Assembly (NCBI RefSeq): GCF_009914755.1
Contig: NC_060932.1
Direction: 5' to 3' (one strand)
DNA from: the human T2T-CHM13v2.0 reference genome, Homo sapiens
Length of the DNA stretch: 64,000 bases
Under the pieces are notes generated by a model. The model ran no database searches, was not told where the DNA came from, and saw only the letters and a program-made list of their open reading frames with translations. Positions within the stretch are counted from its first letter, which is position 1, and every line of letters starts with the position of its first letter. The position numbers and the translations under genes are program-made. Of the stretch, positions 52,042 to 64,000 are shown one piece after another.

Positions 52042-54907
52042 GTAAGTGAAGGTGTCAGACAACAGCCTTGTTCATCAGATTGACTTAATCCAGACTTAGC
52101 ACTGGATATTGTACCCGCGTACGCTTCCTCACCTTGTTTTGGTTCTTGAGTATTCTACTTTGTTTCAGCAAATATTTATTGAGTGCTAAAGAAGTACTTA
52201 ATACTAGAGGTATAAAAATGGCCTGATCTTTTTCATCAAATAGTTTAAATCTAAGGTATGGAAGAGGAGTTTGGGTGGTGGGGAGGTGTAAGACTAAGGT
52301 TCAGGAGACATATTTTCAAGCCCTTACAGGAATTTAATGTAACATTCTTGCATATTTCACTCCTGAATACTTCAGTCATTTAAAAAATAATTGCCTGCGT
52401 ATACCAAGATGGTTTCCGCCTTAACTGTTTCCTTTTAAGCTACTCTGCTGAGTATGGATTCTTAGTGGAAATTCTTTTCAGTAAAGAAAACAAAAGTTCT
52501 CTATTTTCAATTAGTGCAAATCAGTTTTTCATTTATCATTCAGCGATTCTTTGATATAATTCATAGACTGACTTAACGTAAGAGAGAATAATAACCGTGA
52601 AAGTTGAGGGGGAAGGGAATTCTTTGATGTCCTCATTTACCATAAATGAAGAAAATAAGAAGCAATGGATAGGTGATTCATATTAATAATTGAAATTGTT
52701 AAAGTAAGTGTATGTGAACCATTGTCAATGAAAGGGAAGCAGTAACAATGATAAAATGCAAGTATCAGTAGGTTTTCATTGTTTTACTTTAGGAGAGATC
52801 TCTTGCTAGGTGCTCTGTGCCTCTTTGCATAGTTTCTAGAAGGTTGCAATAATCCCCTGGGCCTCAGACAACCTCTTCAACCTCATCTGTGTGGCCACTG
52901 GTAAGATCAAAGTCTTTGTCTTGGACATATTTAAGTTTTTGTAATTCCCTGAACATTCTGTGTCATCTTAGTCTTCCAGACCTTTGCTTATACTGCCTCC
53001 TCAGCCTAGAATGGTGTTCTTATGTTTCATTTGACTGTCTCCTTGTGTCCTTCTACACGTAGGTCAATCATTGCTAGGGAAATTTAGAGGTGGTAATAGC
53101 TAACCTGTTGAGCATTACTACAGTTCTTACATTTCTCTCTCCCACCTAGCTTGTGAACCTCTGGAAGGGCAGGAATGGATAGCTTTTATCTCTTTATACT
53201 TGGGAGAGAGTGCATACTGGGAGCCCACTGAATTATATTTTAACAAATCCCGTAATAGTTTTACAAGTTTGTTATTCAGCTGAGGAAGGATGTGTTTCCT
53301 CTCTTTGAATTCGTTACAGTTAAATGTGTTCCTACTTCCTAATAATCTTACCAGATGACAATAATAATTATGCCTCAGCTCTTCCATAAATGCTGAGTCT
53401 CCTGAAAGTATCAGGGACTCTAAAGGAGAGTAAATCTTAAATTCCTTTTAGGTAGGCCCAGTGTCTGTTCATTTCCACTTTGGCTTACATTGATTTCTTA
53501 GGTTTAGATTTAATACAGATGTGGTTGGATGATGTAGTAGAAATTGCCAGGCAGGTTGTGTGGGAAACCTGGATCCTATACCCCATTTTACCATAAATTT
53601 TAATATCGGGCAAGATATTTAACTTTTTGGGCTTCATAATCCACTTATTTCAGAAAGAACTATTGCCTTCATTACATGTATTCATCTTTCCATTCAATAA
53701 AGATTGGATTTCTACCATGTGAGCCAGACACACATGTTGTCTGTCTCAGCATGTATACTCTAATTATTAGAGTCTGGAAATAAATTATATAGATTAATAA
53801 AACTGAAAAATTCTTGAAAGGTTAAAGTCCAAAGGAGGAAAAGCAAAAGCAAGAGACATTCAAGACATTTGGGTTTGCTGCTTGTACTTTTGATTGTTTT
53901 ATTTATTTTTTATTTTTGTAAATGATAGGAAAGGCATTAAAACAATTGAATTGAGAAGTATTCTGTAGGATTAATTTACTCCCTTTTCCATCTGCTACCA
54001 AAGATAATGGGATAATGGCCCTGTAGAAGATTACCTGCGTTTTTCCAGAACCAGACAAAGGTTTAAGAGCTCTAAAGGAAAAAGTCAACCTTCATTGTTT
54101 GATTCCCACACTCACTCATGCCTGGCACTCTTCCAGGCACTGACTGTTACTGCAGCTGTGATTTCAACACAGAGCCAGTGCTCTTTCTGTCACATGGTAG
54201 CGTTGCCTTCAAATAACTGACGGTCATATCCGCCAGTGTTGTAATTTGGCTGGAATGCAGTATTTGCAATTTTATCAGCTTCATACAATTACAAGTCTTG
54301 CATACATAAAACAGCTGTGTGCTTTCCAGGTGTGCTTTGGGTGGTATAGTGGGACACCAAAGGAAAAGAAATACCATCATGAGTGCACCTCCTTCCCCGA
54401 GTTGAATTATCATCATGAAGGGTTCAGATTACAAACGTTATAGCTTTCCCACTTAATTTAGCATCTATTATTCCTGGCAGTGCCTTTTAAGATTACTAGT
54501 CAAGAGAAAAGATTTTCCTCATTTAGCTTAGCATTTTGTGAGCTGCCTTGGCACAGTTATAGTAAAAGCTTCAGTGGCTTTTTCAGTATAGTAAAAGCTT
54601 CACTGTATATAACAAACTTTGCTGGTACTTGGTATAAGGAGTAGATAAAGCCCTTCAGCTTGCTTACAGTGGCTTGCCATCAGTAGCACTGCCTTGCAGA
54701 TACCCGTTTGACCTCATCTTCCTCCACTGACCCAGTTTTCTACTTCCAACTTTTCTAATACAGCTTGCAACCTCTGGCATAACTTCAGACCTTGGCCATT
54801 GGTCTCAACTGTTTGAAAACCTAAAGATTACTCACCCATCACGCTTAGTTTTGCAGCATGGTAGGGGGAATGGGAAGTAAATTCTTCTTAAAAAATTTTT
54901 TTATGTT

Positions 54908-55316
<409 letters not shown>

Positions 55317-57974
55317 TCATTCATGCATCAAATGGGAAAGTTGGCCATCTTTGAATATACTAAAATTATTACATGGAACTAGAACATCTTAAATTAGATT
55401 CTAAATTCCATGAGGGTAGGCACTCTCCCCCTGCCTCCCCTTCCTCCCACCCACCACACTTCACCTTTTTATTCCCAATAACTAGTATATAATGTCTGGC
55501 ACATAGTAGGTCTTTAGTAAATATTTACTGAATGAATGAATGAATGGTCACAAGATGGTTTTTAAAAATTGTCTCCTGCAGAGAACCCACCACAGATGCC
55601 TTCTGTGTGATTTTTCAGTTTTATTCACATAGCAATTTTTATGTAACATAGTATTTAGTATATAGCTATGTAGAACAATCATAATATGTCCAGTTTTCAA
55701 AAGATTATTAACTTCTAAGGAAAAATTCTTTATCTCTAGGTTAATCTCTGGCTACTAGCTCAGTTTTTGGCACATTGTAAGCACTTAGTAAATGTTCGTT
55801 GGACTGAACCAACCCTATACAGAGACTTGATAACATTGTTCAGATGAAGATTACCATTGATTTTTTCTAAGTTCCTGGTAAAAGCATGTGATGGGAAGAA
55901 ATATGATAGTATTTGAGAAAATAACTTTCCTAAGTTACTGTTGTCTTCTAGCACTGGACGGGTAGTCACAGGTTACAAATGAATAAGATTAATTTTGTTA
56001 GCTCCTGAAGGAAACAGAAAAACCTACTGTAAATCTCATCTCAGTATAAAAAGGGGCTTTAAAGAAGGATGTAATATTTGATGAGAAACTGCTCTCCACA
56101 AGGCACTTTGATATATGTCACGTTTTCCTTATAACCACCTACTATGATCTCTACTGTACAAATGAGAATTTAAGGTCAGGGAAGTTAAGTGCCTTGCCCA
56201 AAGTCACAGGACTGGTAAAGAAGGAGCAGATTCAGGATTCAAAGTTCAAGGCCTATGTTCTGTCTTGAAAAACCAGTGCTTTAAAAAACAAAACCAAAAA
56301 AAAAAACAGTGTTCCACTAGCCGAGGTTATAAATAAAATCTCTTCATCTTTGGAGAAAGTGTAACAGATGCTGCATGTTCCCTTCATCAGAAATGCCATA
56401 AAAGGGATTATAGGACACTGAATTAAATAACCTCTGTGTTCCTTGCAATTCACTAATTCCCTGGTTTTAAGCTACCCGAAGTAGGTAAATGGAAATGAAC
56501 TGTTAGGAAGAAAGGGATGATGTTCGGATTAAAAAAATGAACAAAGCGCTACTAATACATTTATTGGCAAAAATAAGAATAACACTTTCATTTAAGAATT
56601 TCTCAACATCTGTACCTCTGAAAAGGGCTTGTCATTTCTTTGGAACTCAGAAACGTAATTTTTAAAAATCTCCTTGGAATATATCCAGTGATAAAGGTTT
56701 GATTTCTATACAATGTGTTTGGCTATATCAAACCAACTCAGTTTACTTTTCATCAACTTTCATTTAAAATTTACTATCTGAGGCCATTATTTCCAGAATA
56801 AAAGATGAAAAAAGATCACATCAGTGGTTTACTTAAACAAAATGAGGAAAATTCTATTTTTTAAAATCCTGCCACAATAGCTGCATTTTTCAGAAAGTAT
56901 GCATTTCAATCTTTAAAGATACTCAGTGATTTTCAGATTATGTGTACTGCAAGTATTCTGATATAGTTTTAGGCCCAAGAAAAATTTAGTCAACGGTATC
57001 TGTTCTAGTTCTTTTTAAATACTTATATTATGCCCATTTTAGAAAACGTACTGTTAGCCAAAGTGAGAAAACTTGACAATGCGCAGGTATTTCCTTGTAA
57101 AATGTGCCTATTGAAATTCGTCTGATATTTCTCAAGGTGAGTTGGTGAAGATATTGGATCATTTATACTGTCATCTGAGCCAACTGTTCTTCATCGGAGT
57201 CACTGTAACAAAATATTCCCTGAGTGTGTATCATTGAGATGAACATCTGTTAGCAAATACATCTATTTGACTTTGTGATTATTATTACGGGAGTACGTAT
57301 GACACAGCCATTTGAGTAGGATAGTCTAGCCATTGGTAACACCAAATCCATCTCTCAGTAATTCTCCTTTTCAGAATAACTCTCAAACAAGATAATTTAA
57401 TGTGGTTAGCTTTTTTCCAAAATGAAGAAAACAGATAGTGGATGTTTTTTCAGTTATTTAAGTATAAATTTGGGACCTTCCGCTCTACTTTTAACTTAGT
57501 AAAATTAGATATAATTACAGTAACTCCTCATCTCTTTTTGGAGAACAAGAAGTGCCTTTTTTCCAAAATGACATTGATTTATTATTTATGTCCAAATAAT
57601 TAAATAACTGACAAATTAATTAGGATAACCCAGTACACATTCAATGAGAGCACTTTAATAATTTAAAATGCTGGTGTAATTACACAGGAAAGCATGCCTG
57701 ATGTGTCCTGGCGAGCCCAATTTATGAATTTCTAAAGTGAAACCATTTTTTATAAATTGTTTTAGGGTCAACATGCAAAGAAAACACACAATCTGAATAA
57801 ATCAGCATCCCCCCTAACACTCAGTATGGTAGTTTTATCTATTATCTCTGTAAGATCTTTTTCATTTCCATTACTTCACCTAAACACTTGCATGTTATTA
57901 GCTACTGAAAGGAAAACTGTTTCCTCTTTACTGCTGCTCTCAATACGTCACTTTTGCACTGTATGTATAGGTTG

Positions 57975-58757
57975 TGTTCGTTCTCTGCAGACATCGACTG
58001 TGTGTCCTGCAGTTTAATTCTGACGCCATTTACCAGGAGTTAGCACAGACCCTACAGTTAAAGGCTTAGTCCCACTTGAGGTGCCAGTTGCAACTGGTGG
58101 GCCCCCAGGTTACCCACAACTTGTGTCAGACTTGGATGGAAATTGGAAATTCCCACAACCCCTTTCTTATGTTTGATAATTTGTTAGAACGGCTCAGAAC
58201 TCAGGAAAGTAGTGTACTTACTACTGCTAATTTGTTATGAAAGGATACAGGTCAGGATCAGTCAGATGGAAGAGACACATAGGGCAAGGTGTTGGGGAGG
58301 GCATTCCACACCCTCTCCAGGCAGCCACCCTCGCGCGGCACCTCTGTGTCCTCACCCAGCCTGCAGGCGCTCCAAACCCCTTCAGCTGGAGTTTTTAATG
58401 GAGGCATCACTACATAGACGTACTTGATTAAATAATTGGCCATTAGCGATTGACTCAATCTCCAGCCCCCTCCCCTCCTTGGAGGTCAAAGGTGGGACAG
58501 CAAGTTTCAACCCTTTAATCACAGGGATGGTTCCCTTGACAGCCAGCCACCTCTCCTCTTTCCTTAGGGGCTTTCTGGAAGTCATCTTATTGATGTAAAC
58601 TCTTCTGTGATGGAAAGGGGCTTTATGAATAACAAAACGCCCTCCTTTCACTTTTATTGCTCTTATCACTTAGAGAATTCCAGGGGTTTTAGGAGCTGTG
58701 AGCCAGGAGCTGTGGAAGACAATCAAGCTATACATTTCTTACTATATCATAGTATCA
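57975..58757 (-). mobile_element. MER21-family LTR
   Basis: Minus strand starts tgatactatgatatagtaagaaatg...ctggctcacagctcctaaaacccctgg, resembling recalled MER21. Confidence 0.8.
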
Positions 58758-58859
58758 AAACTACCAAATCTAAATTTCTAACTCTGGTGTCATCTGTTCA
58801 CGGTCCCCTCTCCCTGAATGCCCTATAAGCACTTTGAAAGCTGTGATATAGACCAACAC

Positions 58860-59770
58860 AAAGGGCCTCATTCTTCCCCAGAGTTTCTTGTTAAGATGAA
58901 TGGCACTACCATATAACCAGACTCCCAAGTTCTAATTCTTTCATCTTCCTTCTCTGTATTCAAATAGCTACCAAGTCTTTTCACTTGTTCCTCATGAATA
59001 GCTGTTTGATTTCAAGCTCATCTACATTGCCGTTGGTTTTGTTATGATGCTATTTTTGTGCACTATTTTATTCCCAGCACCTAACATATAGTAGTCACTT
59101 AATAAATACTGGTAGTTTGGATGGATGGATGCACAACAGACAGAGGTTGCCATAGCCTCCTCAGTTGCACCTTTGCTTGTAGTCTTGCTCCAGCTCGTTC
59201 CTTTCCTTAAATAATGTATTCTTCATACTACTTCCAGTGTACTTTCTAATATCTAACATCGGATATGCTACTGCCCTCCACCTCCCCCCATAAGGAAGAG
59301 AGCTAGTTGAAAATTCTAGAAGGATCTTAGTCTCTTCAGGATAAAGTTGAGACTCCTCTGCATTGTGTTTAAGGGCCTTCCTGAGACCTTTCATCCTCCT
59401 GTTGACTAACCCGACTGTCATTTTGCATTCAGTCTATCCCAATTGCCGTCCCTTAAACATAGCAGGAACTGTAAACTGTTTTCCCGAGCTCTTGGCTCCC
59501 TTTGAATGTGCTTTCTTATTTTGTCCATGCCAACTCTGTTTACTATTTATAGCTTTAGATCATGGAGCCTTCTGGACCTAATCAAGCATAGTTAGCAGCA
59601 TCTTCCATGTCCCTTTAACAAATTATACCCACCTCTATGTTTACTTACTTGTCCTTGTCCTCAGTAGACTGCGGGATCCTTTAGGGAATGAACTATGTCT
59701 TTGTTTTATCGTAGTATACCCAGTCTCACAGAACCTGACATTTTGGAGATACTAAGTAAATATGCGGAGG
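58860..59770. mobile_element. L2 remnants
   Basis: gaatggcactaccat...ttcccagcacctaacatatagtagtcacttaataaatac, and a second 3' end near 59640-59765. Confidence 0.55.
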
Positions 59771-59970
59771 ATGGACAACATGACCTTTGTCAACGCCAAC
59801 TAATTCTGTGTCGTGCCATGTGTTATGTATACTTTTCAGCACACTTAGTGCAATAAAATTGAGTATCTTAAACAAGTTTTAGCAAACATAACATGGTCCA
59901 CTTAGTGAACTAATAAGTATGAAAGACAATGCAATTTAATATAAAGATTATTATTCTGAGAGGCAAAATA

Positions 59971-60301
59971 CAGTCAAGTATCCCTTAACAAAGGAGATAC
60001 ATCCTGAGAAATGCATCATTAGGCGATTTCATCATTGTGTGAACACCATAGAGTGTTCTTAGACAAACTTAGATGGTAGAGCCCACTACCGCCTAGGCTA
60101 TATGCTTTTAGGTAACAAACCTGTACAGCATGTTACTGTACTGAATACTGTAGACAGTTGTAACACAATGGGGCATCTGTGTCTGTAAACGTGTCTAAAC
60201 ATAGAAAAGATACAGTAAAAATGTGGTATTAAAATCTTACGGCTCCACTGTCCTATATGTGGTCCATAGTGACCAAAATGTCATTATGTGGTATGTGGCT
60301 G
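59971..60301 (-). mobile_element. Tigger3a/MER7A-like DNA transposon fossil
   Basis: ta|cagtc...ctgagaaatgcatcattaggcgatttcatcattgtgtgaac...ggctg|ta with TA flanks. Opposite orientation to the copy at 31673. Confidence 0.85.
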
Positions 60302-62576
60302 TACTTGGTTTCTAACCTCCTTTCTCTTCAGAGTGACCATCTGTTGTGTTTTTATGCAGACTATTTAACCTTTCTGGGCCCGAATTTTCTTTTAACCTGC
60401 AAAATAGTGGTGATGATACATAGGTAGCAGGTTAGTCTAAATGACGTTCTTAACCTCTTTCCAACTTAAAAAGTCTGCAGCGGTTTGAGTATGTTTGTCA
60501 AAATTTGGTTTCCACTCTCACCCTAAAGATGGTTTTTGAAATAAAAAATTGTGTTTTCATCAAATAGAAACCTTTAATTGAAAAGTAAGTTACAGAATAA
60601 ACAAATACATGTTTTAATGATGGTAGAAACAAGCTAAAAATGAGTAGTTGTGAGCCTTTTGAATTCTAAAACATCTTGAAAAATGTTTTACAAAATGAGA
60701 TTTAAAAAATACAGACTTGCCATCCCTTAAGATGTGTAAACTAAAATTGCCTTAGGGATTCTAATCATACTATTCTCTAAATCATTTAATTATGATTGCA
60801 TCAGCTCTCTATTCATAGGAAGTACTTATTCACTAATATCTCTTGATATCTCAATGTTGTGTAATCAATTCTAAGCATTTGAGGCTGAGCTGATGGCTTA
60901 ATCACCTTTAAAGGTAAGTATGGTAGGGCATTTTAAATGTAGTCATACAAGCTCATAAGAATACAAAAACTCCTTTCTTCAGCAGATATTTTTTATTCTT
61001 TGATTATCTAACTATAAGATGTTTGTTGAACAGAGTGTGGAATCATCCTTAAATCATCTCCTGAGGCTTGGTAGTGCCTACTTAAGAGAGGCACTAGGTA
61101 CCTTTTCAAAGTCACACAGTCTATTAGGGTAGAGCTAGAATTTAAAGCCCAGCGTTCTGGCTCTAGAGCCCATGCTCCAGCACCCTGTCAATGTATTCTA
61201 ATGGAGAAGCTAACAAATAAATGGGAAAAAATATTTAATCTCTTTGGACATAAAAGTTATTATACAGAATTTTGAGCAAGTGATACTAAGGAATAATTGG
61301 TTTTACCAATCCTTCTGCAACTACTGCAGGATGTGTTATTTCCTCATAGGACAGCTACCTTTGGTTAACTTAATCCAGGTTTAAAGAGTCAAAGAGATAG
61401 TTTTGAATAGGAGCAGAAATATAAACCTCCTGTTGTACGAGCAGGCCTCCCTTGTCTGTGTGTTCTCCAGCTTCATGACTCACTAAGGCTGTGTAAGATG
61501 AAAGTTGTCTTGAAGAAAACACTGTTGCTACCATAAATGGTGCCCTCATCTGTACATGGGAATAGAGGGACCACTGTTTTCTCTTTGTGATAAGAATAAA
61601 CTCTTCTGAAATTTTGATGACTAGGAACATCAATGAAGGCCTTTAAGGGAAACGAAATGTATTTTTTAGTATACATGTTGTTATTTAATGTGGATTTTAT
61701 TTAAGGACTCAGTGAAGTCATCCTTCTCACTTTTTTGAGAAAGCTAGAGCTCACCTGAAGCTTTAATTGTGACTAGTTTGGGGATTTTTATAGAGACGGG
61801 AGTTGTACTGACAGCAAATTTCCCCAATGCAGTGACTACTCACATAATTTTTGACAGTTAACTAATCTCAAAACTGCTTCAATTATCTTGTTTTCCATAG
61901 TGAGAAATTTAATTAAAACAGAGTACAGATTGTGAAAAGGTTATTTATGAAAATGCATTTTAAATGTGAATTGAAAAGCCTAGGGACACCTTTTTATTTT
62001 AGATAAAAAGATGAAGGTTCTATAATTTTTCATATTCATTTTACCAGAAGCCAGGGTAAGAGCAGTAGGCAATTTATTTGAAATGTCTTATCAGGAGCCT
62101 CACAAATCAATCTTTTGCCTAAATTGCTTGAAAGGTTGACTTATTTTAGGAATGTAAGACTTTAGGAAATAAGTTCAGATTTAAAATATATGAGTATGGA
62201 AGTTTTTTTTTTGGTTTTTGGTTTTTTTTCTTCCTACGTTAAAACAACAACAAAACACCTTATCAAGGAAGTGGAAAGCTCTAAAATGAAAATGTCATTA
62301 AGGCATGGAAAGCAAGTTGTGCTGTCATAATTAGGCTTGCCCGTCCAAGTTAGTTGAGCTATAATGGTTTTATGTGAGCTGATGTGACAGATGTAACATA
62401 TCCCTCAGGTGATTTAGGGCTGAGGCAGGGAAAGGAACTTGTGAACCACTGGATTATTCCTTTGTTATAATGGACTATCTGCAAGAACCTGCCATGTTTG
62501 TTTTACAGTTTTCAACCAGCATTCATAGAACACGGTCTCTGCCTTTAAGTAGATAAGAGTCTAAGAAGGAACATAA

Positions 62577-63242
62577 TGTTGGGGAGGAAAAGTAATTTTC
62601 TGTCTACCCTCTGAGTTCTTAGCTGGAATGTACCCAAAGGAAAAAAGTTTTTTGACATGCATATTTTATATATATGGGAGAGATACCCAGGGAATTAGTA
62701 AATCTCAAAGAGGGGGCTTCGAACTCTGGTTTATATAGCATCTTCCATAAGGAACAGTAAATTTTTGCAGAAATGACTAGATAGTCTCTAGGGAGAGCAA
62801 ATTCTGGAAAGGCAAATAAATGGAAGTTTGTTATGTAGATTCCTCTGTTGCCATCTCAGGCTAATAAGGGTCCAAAGTTATCTTGGTGGGCCTCGGTGTC
62901 TCACTCCTGTAATCCCAGCACTTTGGGAGGCCGGAGTTGGAGGTTTGCTTGAGGCCAGGAGTTCAAGACCAGGCTGGGCAGCATATTGAGACCCCGTCTC
63001 TGCAAAATGAAAATAAATTTAAGAAAATAAACTTGTGTTCAGTGATCAACCTTGGTCCCTCCTGGTAGATAGGGGAGGAGGGAAACCTTTGCCTTTATAA
63101 ATTTATGTCTTGCTTTGATGCAGATATAAGAGGGCAGAGAGGGCAGAGAGCTTTTTAAATCTGCTGATTCTCAATTAGCTTCAGCTCAAAATAATCTTTA
63201 TGCTAAAGTGGCATATTTTGGGTTGGCATGCCTGATCTCCTG
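62577..63242 (-). mobile_element. MER34/MER39-family LTR interrupted by an Alu monomer
   Basis: Minus strand starts aggagatcaggcatgccaacccaaaatatgccactttagcataaagattattt, resembling recalled MER34. Confidence 0.75.
62889..63030 (+). mobile_element. FLAM / AluJ left monomer
   Basis: cctgtaatcccagcactttgggagg...gagaccccgtctctgc plus A-rich tail. Confidence 0.85.
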
Positions 63243-63461
63243 GAGTAGTTGTCACCCCCACTTTGAATTCTTTCATATTTACTTGTTTATTTTAGGTGGT
63301 CAATCTGTTATTTGGATCCACAAGTATACATCTTATTTAAGGTACTTATCTTAGAATAATGTAAGTACTTTTATTTTTCTTATTACTCTCCATTATACTT
63401 TAAGTTGTTAGTGGTAGGTAGGAGCTATGTCTTTTGATCTACAGGACCCAGTATATTTTGG

Positions 63462-63745
63462 TTGAGACAGGGTCTTGTTCTGTCACCCAGGCTGGAGTGC
63501 AGTGGTACAGTTAGAACTCACTGCAGTCTCAACATCCTGGACTCAAGCGATCCTCCTGCCTCACCATTCTGAGTAGCTGGCACCACATGTGTGTGCCACT
63601 TTGCCCGGCTAATTTTTTTATTTTTTATAGAGACAGGGTCTCACTTTGTTACCCAGAATGGTCTCAGACTCCTGGCCTCAAGCAACCCTCCTGCCTCGGC
63701 TTCCACAAGTGCTGGGATTACAGGTGTGAGCCACTGTGCCCAGCC
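63462..63745 (-). mobile_element. AluJ, antisense
   Basis: gagacagggtcttg...ctcaagcgatcctcctgcc...gagccactgtgcccagcc. Confidence 0.9.
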
Positions 63746-64000
63746 TGGATTTCCTGATGCAGAGACGAAACACAGTTAACCTTGAGAATTAGAACACCTA
63801 TAATTGACTTATGTACAAAGAATAGGGAGGAACAAACAGGAAAGTACAACTGCTTGATGGAATGTGGTAAGACTTTAGAGGAGACAACATTTAAACCAAA
63901 CAGGAAGGGAATGAGTAGCACTCAGGTAGGAGGAACCAAGAGGACTCTGCGCAGACTCGATGTGATATTTAAAGGCATGGACACAGGGAGGATCTTAGTG

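Noticed and set aside
51694-52062. 122-aa minus-strand ORF
   Set aside because: Antisense shadow of GC-rich exon 6, with no independent promoter or homology evidence.
54558-54602. Short direct repeat tatagtaaaagcttca (similar ones near 7030-7062 and 19599-19650)
   Set aside because: Ordinary 11-16 bp slippage duplications with no further structure.

Overview
This is AT-rich human genomic DNA from inside KHDRBS3 (SLM2/T-STAR), a STAR-family KH-domain splicing regulator, on the + strand. An AluYb8 insertion supports human origin. Four coding exons splice in frame with canonical AG/GT boundaries: 12666-12782, 18766-18912, 27460-27599 and 51846-52041 (exons 3-6 by recalled numbering, about aa 70-269). 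They encode the KH domain (GPRG loop), QUA2 and the RG/proline-rich region. The rest is intron, filled with Alus, L1, L2/MIR, LTR remnants and Tigger/Charlie DNA transposon fossils. The listed ORFs look spurious or repeat-derived. I see no demonstrably new gene system. The most unusual structures are: (1) a perfect 29-bp array whose units each fold into a hairpin with a UUAAA loop, the motif class the host protein binds; (2) a 31-bp near-perfect hairpin of pre-miRNA size in intron 5; (3) a ~190-bp inverted duplication that captures a transposon end plus flank; (4) an in-frame cryptic donor in exon 6 that would delete the polyproline motif; (5) inverted Alus bracketing exons. Repeat family names are from recall of consensus sequences, not from a RepeatMasker run, and boundaries of old repeats are approximate.
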